DNA of 24,362 nucleotides from Thermodesulfobacteriota bacterium (lineage in GTDB: Bacteria > Desulfobacterota > Desulfobulbia > Desulfobulbales > SURF-16): the NCBI GenBank assembly GCA_039715015.1, contig JBDLIE010000039.1, positions 1 through 24,362 of the forward strand, written 5' to 3'. The position numbers and the translations under genes were made by a program. Positions 24,018-24,362 of the stretch are shown here, in pieces. How positions within the stretch are numbered: the stretch's first letter is position 1; every line of letters begins with the position of its first letter. The notes beneath the pieces were generated by a model that made no database searches, was not told the origin of the DNA, and saw only the letters and a list, made by a program, of their open reading frames with translations.

Positions 24018-24087
24018 CACCCTTCGACAAGCTCAGGGCACACTCCCAGAAAGTTTATAATCCGCTCCCTGAGCTTGTCGAAGGGTG
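24018..24087. repeat. Inverted-repeat intergenic element (CCCTTCGACAAGCTCAGGG family)
   Basis: Perfect 21-bp inverted repeat CACCCTTCGACAAGCTCAGGG (24018-24038) / CCCTGAGCTTGTCGAAGGGTG (24067-24087). Confidence 0.8.
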
Positions 24088-24129
24088 TGAATTCCCGGCG
24101 ATGGAACCTGGTTGGACTTGTAAAAAAAC

Positions 24130-24202
24130 TAGATCGGGCAGGCGGTGTGATTCTCCCTGACTCATCAAGACGAAAATATTGAATCACGGGTGTCTTGCCT
24201 GG
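24130..24202 (+). other. Structured non-coding element, possibly an orphan IS110-family non-coding end
   Basis: Nested stems GGCAGGC/GTCTTGCC and GTGATTC/GAATCAC, separated by a GGT/GGGT internal loop and enclosing a 27-nt loop. The IS110 resemblance is from memory only. Confidence 0.4.
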
Positions 24203-24362
24203 CTTTTTTATAGGGTAATCCGTAAGCGCTCTTGTGCATTCTTACGGCGGCATTTAGCCTTCTTGACAAAAAGTAAATTTTCAAGGCAGTCTGGTTATAT
24301 GGGCGTGCTTTCTTACGCTTTAACTTCTTTTCACTTCCGATGACTTGGAGAAGTAGTTGAGA

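Noticed and set aside
24005..24187. 60-aa minus-strand ORF containing PFDKLR and PELVEG
   Set aside because: These peptides are simply translations of the inverted-repeat element.

Overview
Bacterial chromosomal window whose gene content (napA, DsrO/DsrP-like membrane module, HAMP-less MCPs, YkgJ protein) suggests an anaerobic Desulfobacterota/deltaproteobacterium; the taxonomy is inference. Left to right: (1) a minus-strand tetR - ABC1/UbiB kinase - GT1 glycosyltransferase operon with two palindromic operators; the glycosyltransferase is absent from the ORF track because it runs off the window. (2) An atypical periplasmic nitrate reductase operon, napD-napA-tetraheme NapB-like-tetraheme cytochrome c-NrfC/DsrO-like Fe-S-NrfD/DsrP-like, with no napC or napGH, preceded by a sigma-54 promoter, an IHF-like site and two repeated activator-like boxes. 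(3) A 1.7-kb decayed patch with ISL3, IS91-like and IS630-like transposase remnants, a cytochrome c peroxidase-like C-terminal fragment and a small intact lipoprotein gene. (4) A prephenate dehydratase-ACT-prephenate dehydrogenase fusion, a SAM methyltransferase, a DUF445 protein and an aldehyde dehydrogenase. (5) A stand-alone TtrS/ThsS-like PhnD-fold periplasmic binding protein co-transcribed with an MCP, followed by a second MCP. (6) A YkgJ-family gene, REP-like inverted repeats and a structured non-coding element resembling an IS110 end. The strongest candidates for little-described biology are the binding protein/MCP pair (possible sulfur-oxyanion chemotaxis) and the Nap-DsrOP-like respiratory module. 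All family assignments come from motif reading, not database searches.
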